Of a stretch of 64,000 nt of DNA, positions 49,944 through 58,043 are shown piece after piece. Source of the stretch: an uncultured Thermotogaceae bacterium. GTDB taxonomy: Bacteria > Bipolaricaulota > Bipolaricaulia > Bipolaricaulales > Bipolaricaulaceae. Below the pieces are notes generated by a model that ran no database searches, had not been told where the DNA came from, and was given only the letters and a program-made list of their open reading frames with translations. The stretch's first letter is position 1; every line of letters begins with the position of its first letter. Location of the stretch: contig CAYUWL010000001.1 in the NCBI GenBank assembly GCA_964448595.1, forward strand, positions 23,222 to 87,221, read 5' to 3'. A program made the translations under genes and the position numbers.

Positions 49944-51014
49944 ATGAAGATAGGGATCCTCAGCAGGTGGAATGCTACCTGTGGAGTTTCCCTGCATGCT
50001 GAGCTTTTGGGGAGAGAACTCTTGAGAAGAGGATACGTGGTAAAGGTTTTTGCCCCCTTCCTTTCAAGCGCAAACAAATGGTGGCATCACAAGATAATAA
50101 GGCCGGACGAGGTGTACGTAAGAAGGGTTTACACCGAAACCTCGCCGGAAGGGAGCGAGGGGAGTCTAGAGAAGAAGAAACTCCTCGCGGAAAAGCTCGA
50201 TCTCCTCCTGGTCGAATCTTATGAGAAAATCCCCTACAAGGATGTGGAGGAGCTAGCGAAGGTCCTGAAAGACAAAGGCATCCCATCCATAGCCGTCGTC
50301 CACGAGGGGGCTTATGAGGACATCGGCTACACGGATATGTCCGCGTTTGAGGCCGTGGTGGTCTTTGATGAGAGGTACATAAAGGAGGTTCTGAAGGAAA
50401 GGGTAGAACAAACGAAGGTGCATGTGATCCCCTACCCCTGCCACCCAGTGAGGGAAGGAAAAAGGAAGTTCATGGAGGACGGGAAAATAACCTTCTTCAC
50501 TTTCGGAAGGCAACCGAAGGAGGAATACAAAGAGTACATAGAGGCCCTAAAAGCACTAAGTGAAGAATTCGAAAACATACGCTACAGAATAGTCCGGGCG
50601 GATGAGCTTCTCGAGGTAAGCTACAACTGGGTGGTGCAGGAAAGAAAGGTCCTCGATTTGGAGGAAATTTACCAATACCTTCACGGCTCGGACTTCCACC
50701 TCCTTCCTAAGGGACGCACCAGGCGGGTTGTAGTCTCCTCGACGCTTTGTCAGGTGCTTGGAGCCCTTTGCACAACCGTTGCTCCAAAGTCGAGGTTCTT
50801 CGAGTCCCTTCCCCAAGGAGAAGGGACACCGGTGGTACTTTATGACAACGTTGAGGATCTGGTCGCCAAGCTCAAAAGGCTCATCTCGGACGGAAGGCTG
50901 CGGGAAAGGATAAAGGAAAACGCAAGAGAATACGTGGAAGAAAATAGCGTCGGTATGATAGCAGATAGGTTTGAAAACCTAATTCATAAGAGCTTAGCCG
51001 GAGGCAGAAAGTAG
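49944..51014 (+). CDS. GT-B fold (GT4-like) glycosyltransferase in a compositionally foreign, low-G+C gene
   Basis: MKIGILSRWNATCGVSLHAE... N-domain; C-terminal GTPVVLYDNVEDLVAKLKRLI...RERIKENAREYV is typical of GT4. Visibly AT-richer, with AGA/AGG/ATA/AAA codons. Confidence 0.55.
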   Translation: MKIGILSRWNATCGVSLHAELLGRELLRRGYVVKVFAPFLSSANKWWHHKIIRPDEVYVRRVYTETSPEGSEGSLEKKKLLAEKLDLLLVESYEKIPYKDVEELAKVLKDKGIPSIAVVHEGAYEDIGYTDMSAFEAVVVFDERYIKEVLKERVEQTKVHVIPYPCHPVREGKRKFMEDGKITFFTFGRQPKEEYKEYIEALKALSEEFENIRYRIVRADELLEVSYNWVVQERKVLDLEEIYQYLHGSDFHLLPKGRTRRVVVSSTLCQVLGALCTTVAPKSRFFESLPQGEGTPVVLYDNVEDLVAKLKRLISDGRLRERIKENAREYVEENSVGMIADRFENLIHKSLAGGRK

Positions 51015-51117
51015 ATGCGCTAGCATATGGTGGCCCACTCCAGGGGCTGAGTGAGCTGTGGCCGGCCAGCTGCCTCGGACTGGAACGAACCCCCAATCTG
51101 GGGTAAAGAGTTAGGGG

Positions 51118-52560
51118 ATGGCTGCGAATTTGGACAGGACCTCTCCTATACCGCTTTACCGGCAGATAAAAGAGGTTATCCTGGAGTGGATGCGGTGTGG
51201 AGAACTTATGCCGGGGGCAAGGCTCCCGCCGGAAAGGGAGTTGGTACGGCGCTTCGGGGTCAGTCGCCTCACGGTGCGCCAGGCTATCTCCGAGTTGGCG
51301 AGCGAAGGTGTGGTGTACCGCATTCAGGGGAGTGGGACTTATGTGGCCGGGAAACGGCCGGTTGTGCTCCGAGCGTTGGTGTCGGAGCGGGAATGGGTGA
51401 CCGCGCTGCAGGATGCTGAATGGTACTACAACGAGTCCCATCCCCATAGCCCCCTGCGCCTTGAAATCAGGGTGGTTGGGCGGCCCAGGTTGCGTGATGA
51501 GATAGTGCTGGCGGTTGCCTCAGGGGAGGCTCCCGACATCGTTCTCATCGACTGCGCTTGGATGGCCGAACTGGCTTCCCTTAAGTTCTTCCTTCCGATC
51601 GACGAACTTGACCCCCACTGGACAAGTGAATACCTGGCAGACCTCTTTCCCGTCATCCGGCTGGGAAATCGCCACGGGGATGGACATCTGTACGGGGTAC
51701 AAACAGAGGTCAGTGCGACCGTGCTTTGGTATCGAAGGGACTGGCTGATCCAGGAAGGGATGGCTGTTCCCCGCACGTGGGATGAGCTGGTATCCGTGGC
51801 CAAGCGGTTCAAGCCCCGCCAAGGAACCCGAGGATACCCGCTGGCCTTCTGTGGAGGGCTGCGGGGAGGGGAAACCACCACGTACCAGCTTTTGCCGCTG
51901 TTTTGGAGTACAGGGGAGGAGTTGATCTCGGCAGGCAGGCCCGCACTAGACAGCCGCGCAGCAGACACGCTTAGGTTTCTTAAAGATCTCGTGCATGTTC
52001 ACCGTCTGGCTCCGGCCAAGGTGGTGGCCTTTTCCTGGGATGAGCCCAGGCGCCTGTTCGCCCAAGGCCAGGTGGCCTTTGCCTTCGGCGGAACGTACGA
52101 CAAGCGTCCCATTCAGTCCACCGCCCGCTGGAGTGAGCAGGAGTTCCGCAAGCGGGTCGGGATGACATTCGTCCCAGTCGATCCCGCCGGAAGGATAACC
52201 ACCAGTGTGGCCGGTGGGATGGTGTTTTCCGTGCTCCGGCAGACCAAGCACCCGGAGGTGGCGGCGGAATTGCTGAAGCTTCTGGCGTCCCCACAGCTGA
52301 TGAGCCGCTTCTGCCAGCGGACGGGGCGGGTTCCGAGCCGCATTTCAGTGGCCAGCTCTCTTGAGGCCGATCGCCACTGGTTCCAGCGCAAGACGGTCGA
52401 AATCCTAGCCCATGCCCGCCCACGCCCTTACAGCCCCTATTACTCCAAGATATCCACTCAGTTCCGGCTGATGGTGGAAAACGTGCTCACGCAGCGGATG
52501 TCGCCTGAGGAGGCGGTCAATCGCGCACGGAACGGAATCGAGGCTATACTTATAAAGTGA
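51118..52560 (+). CDS. GntR-family wHTH regulator fused to a cytoplasmic family-1 (MalE-like) solute-binding domain
   Basis: N-terminus PLYRQIKEVILEW...LPPERELVRRFGVSRLTVRQAISELASEGVVYRIQGSGTYVA. The rest carries SBP hallmarks (APDIVLIDCAWMAELA, WYRRDWLIQEGMAVPRTWDELVSVAKRF, MSPEEAVNRARNGIEAIL). No signal peptide. Confidence 0.7.
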   Translation: MAANLDRTSPIPLYRQIKEVILEWMRCGELMPGARLPPERELVRRFGVSRLTVRQAISELASEGVVYRIQGSGTYVAGKRPVVLRALVSEREWVTALQDAEWYYNESHPHSPLRLEIRVVGRPRLRDEIVLAVASGEAPDIVLIDCAWMAELASLKFFLPIDELDPHWTSEYLADLFPVIRLGNRHGDGHLYGVQTEVSATVLWYRRDWLIQEGMAVPRTWDELVSVAKRFKPRQGTRGYPLAFCGGLRGGETTTYQLLPLFWSTGEELISAGRPALDSRAADTLRFLKDLVHVHRLAPAKVVAFSWDEPRRLFAQGQVAFAFGGTYDKRPIQSTARWSEQEFRKRVGMTFVPVDPAGRITTSVAGGMVFSVLRQTKHPEVAAELLKLLASPQLMSRFCQRTGRVPSRISVASSLEADRHWFQRKTVEILAHARPRPYSPYYSKISTQFRLMVENVLTQRMSPEEAVNRARNGIEAILIK

Positions 52561-52563
52561 GCT

Positions 52564-53715
52564 TTACCCTCCTTTGCCGAAGGCTCGCGCTGCATACCGG
52601 CTTACCATTTGGTGCAAGTAATGGAGGGCGTAGTCGTAGCCTCGCAGGGCCACCGTCACCGTGTACCCGAGGACGCGGGCCAGCCACAGCCGGAAGATGA
52701 GCTCCTGCCAATCTCGGTCCGTCGGGTCGAAGTGCTCAAGGAGGATTTGATAAACCCTGTACCATGTATCCTCGTCCATAAATCCGAATCGGGGGAAACT
52801 TCGGCAGGCCAACATCCCTTCTTGGACCTTGTCTGGGAAGTATGCCAGGAGCTCCTCTTGCCGGGGGGTCCAACCCTCGACGAGAAGCGAAAGCGACCCT
52901 TCCACATCGTAGCCGATCTTCTCTCGCACTTCCTGGGGTACCGGCCCGGGGTATTCGATGCGGTGGGTCCCCCCCCTGGGTACGCGTTCGCCTTGGAGGG
53001 ACTGGATTGCGGAAAAACACTCAACCAGCATGGTCTTAAGATCTGTAAGCTTTCCGTATAGTTTATGCAGCTTACCTGCTCCGATGTAAGTCTCATACAA
53101 GCTAAACTGGTTCTGTACGATGGCGAAGGTGTAGAGGGTGTCGATTCCCCAGTCGCTTTGCCGTCGCACGCGCTCGTCGTTGAGCAATTGCTCGGCTACC
53201 GATCGGGAGAGAAGGAGTTCCCCTCCCAGGGGTTGTTCTATCCAGGGGAGCGTGGATTCGGGCCACAGGATGGCAAAGCCTGTCCGTGTGATGAGCCAGG
53301 TTATCATGGCGTCGGTGCTGGCCCGAGGGAAGTAGTGTCGCACCACATCGAACCCTTGGTCTGCGGCCTCCTCGGCTTTGCTGATCCACTCCTGGGAAAA
53401 CGACACGATATCTGCATCGTAGAAGTGGAGCCTCCCGTAGGCCGTTTCCTCGAGGAAGTACTTGAGGGCGGTGTTCATGCCGTCGCCCTTCCCCGGCCGG
53501 AGCTCTCCGATCCGCTCTTGGACGATAACGCTGACGGGCTTTCCATGTTTCTTTTTGAGCCTGGGAGAGGCCTCGGCCAGGGCCGTGAAGCAGTTGTCCT
53601 CGCTCGCCCCCACGCAGAGGACCTCCTGTACCCGGGGGTGGGAAAGGGCGACGTTTACATTCCCGATTAGGACCTCCGGATCCTCGTTCTTGAAGGGAAA
53701 CACAACAAGGGACAT
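52564..53715 (-). CDS. mgs: Mannosylglycerate synthase-like glycosyltransferase (GT78-like, single-step type)
   Basis: From memory, MSLVVFPFK..., LRPGKGDGMNTALKYFLEE, HFYDADI, RHYFPRASTDAMITW, IEQPLGGELL, SDWGIDTLYTF and MLVECFSAIQSLQ closely track the Rhodothermus marinus MGS sequence. Needs a real alignment. Confidence 0.7.
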   Translation of the reverse strand: MSLVVFPFKNEDPEVLIGNVNVALSHPRVQEVLCVGASEDNCFTALAEASPRLKKKHGKPVSVIVQERIGELRPGKGDGMNTALKYFLEETAYGRLHFYDADIVSFSQEWISKAEEAADQGFDVVRHYFPRASTDAMITWLITRTGFAILWPESTLPWIEQPLGGELLLSRSVAEQLLNDERVRRQSDWGIDTLYTFAIVQNQFSLYETYIGAGKLHKLYGKLTDLKTMLVECFSAIQSLQGERVPRGGTHRIEYPGPVPQEVREKIGYDVEGSLSLLVEGWTPRQEELLAYFPDKVQEGMLACRSFPRFGFMDEDTWYRVYQILLEHFDPTDRDWQELIFRLWLARVLGYTVTVALRGYDYALHYLHQMVSRYAARAFGKGG

Positions 53716-53730
53716 CGTTACCTCCTGTCG

Positions 53731-54828
53731 TTACTCGAGTTTGAGGGCTTTCTCTGTTTCCTCGCTGAAAAGGCGGATTTTCTCCTTGGTAAGCACTAGG
53801 CCTATGGTCTGGCCAGGTTGAGCGGAGAGGTCGGGGCTCGTGGCCACCTTAAGGATGTCCCTGTCCACCTGGACCGTGAGGAGCTGCTGTGGGCCCAGCG
53901 GCTCGGCGACGATCAGTTGGGCGGGGAGGGCCCCCTCCTCCGCCGTGGGGCGTACCTCGATGTTCTCCGCGCGGATCCCTAAAATCAGGGTCTTCCCTAC
54001 CATATCCCGGAGCTTTCCCTCCCACTCCGCATGTACCTCCACTGGAAAGTCGCCCACGGCCAGGTACACGCGCTCGTCCCGGCTCCTAACTTGGGCTGAA
54101 AGGAAGTTCATGGGCGGGGTGCCGATGAATCCCCCCACGAACACGGTGGCCGGTTTGTCGTAGACCTCGTTGGGGGTATCCAGCTGGACTATCTCCCCCT
54201 CCCTCATCACCGCGATCCTGTCCCCCAGGGACAAGGCCTCTATTTGGTCATGGGTTACGTACACGGTGGTGGTGCCCACCTCCCGGTGAAGCCTCTTGAG
54301 CTCGGCCCGCATCTGGAGCCTGAGCAGGGCGTCCAGGTTGGAGAGCGGCTCGTCCATGAGGAGGACGTCCGGCTTCATCACGATGGCCCGGGCCACAGCC
54401 ACCCGTTGGCGCTGGCCGCCTGAAAGCTGGGAGGGATAGCGATCCAGAAGCTCGCCTATCTGCAAAAGCTCCGCCACCTCTCGGACGGCCTTCTTTATCT
54501 CCTCTTTCGGCAGGTGGCGCATCCTTAGGCCAAAGCCGATGTTCTTCTCAACGGTCATGTGGGGAAACACAGCGTAGCTTTGGAACACCATGGCGATCCC
54601 CCGCTTGGCCGGCGGAAGCTCCGTAACGTCCCGGCCCCCGATGAACACCTTGCCTTTGTCTACCCGCTCGAGGCCGGCGATGCAGCGCAAAGTGGTGGTC
54701 TTGCCGCAGCCGGAGGGGCCTAGGAGGACCAGGAATTCCGCCTCCTGCACCAGAAGATCTAGGTCCTTAACCGCCTCTACCTTGCCGAACGTCTTGCGTA
54801 CTCCCGCTAGTCTAATCTCCCCAGCCAT
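53731..54828 (-). CDS. Sugar ABC transporter ATP-binding protein (MalK/UgpC type)
   Basis: GPSGCGKTT, LSGGQRQR, LLMDEPLS, C-terminal regulatory OB-like domain. Confidence 0.93.
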   Translation of the reverse strand: MAGEIRLAGVRKTFGKVEAVKDLDLLVQEAEFLVLLGPSGCGKTTTLRCIAGLERVDKGKVFIGGRDVTELPPAKRGIAMVFQSYAVFPHMTVEKNIGFGLRMRHLPKEEIKKAVREVAELLQIGELLDRYPSQLSGGQRQRVAVARAIVMKPDVLLMDEPLSNLDALLRLQMRAELKRLHREVGTTTVYVTHDQIEALSLGDRIAVMREGEIVQLDTPNEVYDKPATVFVGGFIGTPPMNFLSAQVRSRDERVYLAVGDFPVEVHAEWEGKLRDMVGKTLILGIRAENIEVRPTAEEGALPAQLIVAEPLGPQQLLTVQVDRDILKVATSPDLSAQPGQTIGLVLTKEKIRLFSEETEKALKLE

Positions 54829-54831
54829 GTC

Positions 54832-55653
54832 TCACCTCTCCGCCGTGGCCCCGCCCCACATGTGGAACAGATACCGCCGGATCAAGAACATGAACAGGAG
54901 CGCAGGCAGGATCATGAAGAACCCCCCGGCGAACCTGAAATCCAGCGGCGAAGCCTGGATGGTGGTGATGATATGTGCCGGCAGGGTTCGGTTGCGCACC
55001 GTGAGGATGGCCGCGGCGAACACCTCGTTCCAGGAAATGACGAAGGTGAACATGGCCGCCGCGGCCAATCCTGGAAGGGCGAGCGGCAAAGCCACCCGGA
55101 CGAACGCCCCCAGGCGGCTACAGCCCAACGTCATGGCCGCCTCCTCCAACTCCTTGGGCACCCCCATGAAGATCCCGGTGGTGATGATCACGGCGAAGGG
55201 GAGGGCCATGGCAGTGTGGATTAAGGCCACCCCCACCAGGGTGTCGTAAAGCCCCCACCTGATGAAGGTAACGGCCAAGGGGACAGCTAGCAGGGCGGTG
55301 GGGAACATCCGCGTGATGAGGATCCCCAGCCGAAAGGCTTCCCTCCCCCGGAAGAGGAACCTAGCCACCGCATATCCTGCGGGTGCCCCCACTGCCAGGG
55401 TGAAGGCCAACGTGAGCAGGGCGACCTGCACGCTGTTTGAAAGCGAGCGCACTACCCCGTGCGCGCCCAAGAAGAACCGCATCGTCTCCAAGGAGAAGTG
55501 GCTTGGGATGATGGATCTAGGCCACAGGTAAAGCTCCTGCCGCGGGGTGAAGGCGGAGATGCCGATCAGGAGGATAGGGACAAGGACCCACAGGGCCAAT
55601 GCCAGGGCAGCCATGTAGATCAGGGTTTGCCGGAGCAGATAACGGTAGCTCAC
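54832..55653 (-). CDS. Sugar ABC transporter permease (MalG-like)
   Basis: EAA loop EEAAMTLGCSRLGAFVRVALP. GTG 55653 forms a GTGA overlap with the upstream permease stop, so the ORF-track start 55701 is judged too long. Confidence 0.88.
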   Translation of the reverse strand: MSYRYLLRQTLIYMAALALALWVLVPILLIGISAFTPRQELYLWPRSIIPSHFSLETMRFFLGAHGVVRSLSNSVQVALLTLAFTLAVGAPAGYAVARFLFRGREAFRLGILITRMFPTALLAVPLAVTFIRWGLYDTLVGVALIHTAMALPFAVIITTGIFMGVPKELEEAAMTLGCSRLGAFVRVALPLALPGLAAAAMFTFVISWNEVFAAAILTVRNRTLPAHIITTIQASPLDFRFAGGFFMILPALLFMFLIRRYLFHMWGGATAER

Positions 55654-56534
55654 CCTCGCATCACCTCCGTCTTCGACCTCAGATACCTCAGGTAGACCCA
55701 CGTCATGGCGATGGAGATCACCATCAATAGGACGGCGTAGGCAGAGGCGACATGGGAATTACGATACAGGAATTGCCAGAAATAGGCCTCCCCTGCCAAG
55801 ACGGGGGTGATCTGCCCGGCCAAGGCGAGCACCACGGCGAACGTCTGAAGGGCGAAGATCGTCCGGATGATCAGTGCCGACTGTAGCGAGGGTTTAAGCA
55901 AGGGAAGGATTACATACCAGATCTTCTTCCATCCCCTTGCCCCCAAGACCTCGGCCGCCTCCAGATAATCCCTGGAAATCATTTGCAACCCCGCCACCAG
56001 GATCACCATCACGATGGCGGTAGCCCGCCAGTGTTCTGCCGCCACCACGGATAGGAAAGTGTAGTTGATGTTCTGATAGGAGAGATAATGGATCGGGCGC
56101 TCGACGATCCCCAGGGCGTAGAGGATCGAATTCAAGAACCCGCGATGGGTGAAGATGGAGAGCCAAATGAGGCCGGCAGCAAGGTCCGCGATCCCCAGGG
56201 GAAGGGCGAAGATGTACAGGAGGAACCTGGATCCCCTAAAACCCGTATTGAGAACGAGGGCCATGGCCAAGGCGGTGGCAACGTTCAGCGGGACGATGGT
56301 GACGGCAAATAGGAATGTGAACTTAAGGGCATCAAAGAAGCGCACATCTGAGACCATTTTTTTAAAGTAATCTAAGGTGAACCCGGTATCACCATAAAAA
56401 GCGAGGCTGACCGCTTTGAAAAGCGGCATCAAGAAGAAGACCCCGATGAAGATGAGGGTGGGGAGAAGGAGCCAATAAGGGAGCAGGCTATCCGTCCCCA
56501 GAAGCTTCCGTAGCCTTTCGTTCACGGGAAACAA
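55650..56534 (-). CDS. Sugar ABC transporter permease (MalF-like)
   Basis: Six TM segments; EAA loop LEAAEVLGARGWKKIWYVILP. Confidence 0.88.
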   Translation of the reverse strand: MFPVNERLRKLLGTDSLLPYWLLLPTLIFIGVFFLMPLFKAVSLAFYGDTGFTLDYFKKMVSDVRFFDALKFTFLFAVTIVPLNVATALAMALVLNTGFRGSRFLLYIFALPLGIADLAAGLIWLSIFTHRGFLNSILYALGIVERPIHYLSYQNINYTFLSVVAAEHWRATAIVMVILVAGLQMISRDYLEAAEVLGARGWKKIWYVILPLLKPSLQSALIIRTIFALQTFAVVLALAGQITPVLAGEAYFWQFLYRNSHVASAYAVLLMVISIAMTWVYLRYLRSKTEVMRG

Positions 56535-56576
56535 AGCGGGCGGGGGAGGCCTCTGGCTCCCCCGCCTAACTCCTGG

Positions 56577-57806
56577 TTACTTGCCGTCGGGGGCCGGATA
56601 TGGGGCTCCGGCCTTAAGATACAGCTCCCGCATCCGGGTGGCCTGGGCCCGCAGGAACTCCAGGTCCACCGGCTGGCCCTGGATGACGAACTTGTAGAAA
56701 GTGTCCTTGTAGATCTTCTTGTACTCGTCGGGGATGCCGCCGGGGATGAAGCAGACGATGGCGTCCGGGGAAGCTGCCTGGGCGGACACCCCCTTGGCCA
56801 GGATCTGCAGGGCTCCAGCGGGCACCGCCCCAGACGCCTCAGCTACCGCTGGGAAGAACCCCACGCCTTGCAGGATCTTCACCTGGACCTCAGGGGAGGT
56901 GAGGTATTCGATGAGCTTCGCGGCCGCCTCCGGATTCGGCGAGGTCTCCGGGATGGCTAGGCCGGCGAGCACGCTGATGAAGCCGCGGCCGGCAGGGCCG
57001 GCCGGGGAGGGGATGGCGATGAAATCATTGGGCCGCTGGACGATGGCCTCCTTCACTCGGGCGGTGTGATCCCAGGCAACCCAGACCTCCTCGGACAAAA
57101 GTGGCGTGTCCATGGCGTCCCAGGTGGGAGCAGCGGGGCTCACGTACTGCCAGAGCTCCTGCATGTAGTTCCACATGTCCACCGCGGCGGCGGAATCGAA
57201 GGCCAGCACCTGATAGCCGGTGAAGGAGGGGTAGAGGTAGCCGTGGATAAAGCGATGGAGGAGGCTCTTGGGACCAGCAGGGATGCCGAGCTTTTGCTCC
57301 CCGGTGGCCTCATAGATGTTCTTGGCCCACGCAAGAAGATCGTCATAAGTCAGGGCCCAGATGTTGGCCCCTACCGGCAGGTAGGCCAGGGCCTTGACGT
57401 TCACCACCATCAGGTAGGTGGCCTGCATCAGGGGGATGTAGACATGCTTTCCGGCCATCTGGCCCTTGGCCATCAGGGTGGGACTGATGGTGCCGCCCGG
57501 GGTGATACCGCTTACATCTGCCAGGGCGTAGGCGAAGGGCGCAAGATCCCCGTGCAGGCCGCAGAGAACTGCTACCTCACCTGCACCGGCCTGGTATTCG
57601 GCTTCGATCCGGGAGGCAAACTCTGCATACTCAACGTTGAGGAGGTCCACAGAGATCCCGGTTTCCTCAGCGAAGGGGGCGAGGATCTGGCTGCGCACGA
57701 ATTCGCCTTCAGCAATCGGGGTGAACTGAGTGGACATCCAGGTAATGTCCGCAGCGGACGCAAGAACTCCAAACGCCAGAACACCTAGCAAGATAAGTCG
57801 CTTCAC
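56577..57806 (-). CDS. Extracellular solute-binding protein, family 1 (sugar/glycoside ABC)
   Basis: Signal peptide MKRLILLGVLAFGVLASA; SBP_bac_1-like; GTG start after AGGAGGT. Confidence 0.88.
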   Translation of the reverse strand: MKRLILLGVLAFGVLASAADITWMSTQFTPIAEGEFVRSQILAPFAEETGISVDLLNVEYAEFASRIEAEYQAGAGEVAVLCGLHGDLAPFAYALADVSGITPGGTISPTLMAKGQMAGKHVYIPLMQATYLMVVNVKALAYLPVGANIWALTYDDLLAWAKNIYEATGEQKLGIPAGPKSLLHRFIHGYLYPSFTGYQVLAFDSAAAVDMWNYMQELWQYVSPAAPTWDAMDTPLLSEEVWVAWDHTARVKEAIVQRPNDFIAIPSPAGPAGRGFISVLAGLAIPETSPNPEAAAKLIEYLTSPEVQVKILQGVGFFPAVAEASGAVPAGALQILAKGVSAQAASPDAIVCFIPGGIPDEYKKIYKDTFYKFVIQGQPVDLEFLRAQATRMRELYLKAGAPYPAPDGK

Positions 57807-57896
57807 TTGTACCTCCTTTTTTCATTTCATAGCCTCAACTGTTCCCTTCAAGAGAACCTACCGCTTGTTCCGGCCGATCACCCCCTAGATAAAGAT

Positions 57897-57908
57897 TGGT
57901 CTAGACCA
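57897..57908. promoter_or_regulatory. Perfect palindrome TGGTCTAGACCA, HutC/DasR-type GntR operator candidate
   Basis: Read directly in the 237-bp divergent spacer between the ABC operon and the glycosyltransferase operon; identical to the core of the published dre consensus ACTGGTCTAGACCACT. Confidence 0.6.
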
Positions 57909-57995
57909 GTATAGGGAGCCAGGCACCTGGCGTCAAGAACTCAGGAAGCCTACGCTAAGCGGACAAGATTCCCCTCTAGCTGGAAAAGCGGTGTG

Positions 57996-58023
57996 TTGTC
58001 TTTTCCGGTAAAGGCTATACAAT
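57996..58023 (+). promoter_or_regulatory. Candidate promoter for the glycosyltransferase operon (TTGTCT-16 nt-TACAAT)
   Basis: Hexamers read directly about 20 nt upstream of ATG 58044. Confidence 0.35.
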
Positions 58024-58043
58024 CCGGCCCAAGAGCGTCGGCC

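Noticed and set aside
51015-51117. Second copy of the GntR operator upstream of the regulator gene (atatggtggcccactcca)
   Set aside because: It only loosely resembles TGGTCTAGACCA and is not palindromic.
55654-55701. Extended start of the MalG-like permease, overlapping the upstream permease by 52 nt
   Set aside because: The extension (MGLPEVSEVEDGGDAR) is acidic and non-membrane. GTG 55653 gives the GTGA coupling seen elsewhere and starts just before the first TM helix.
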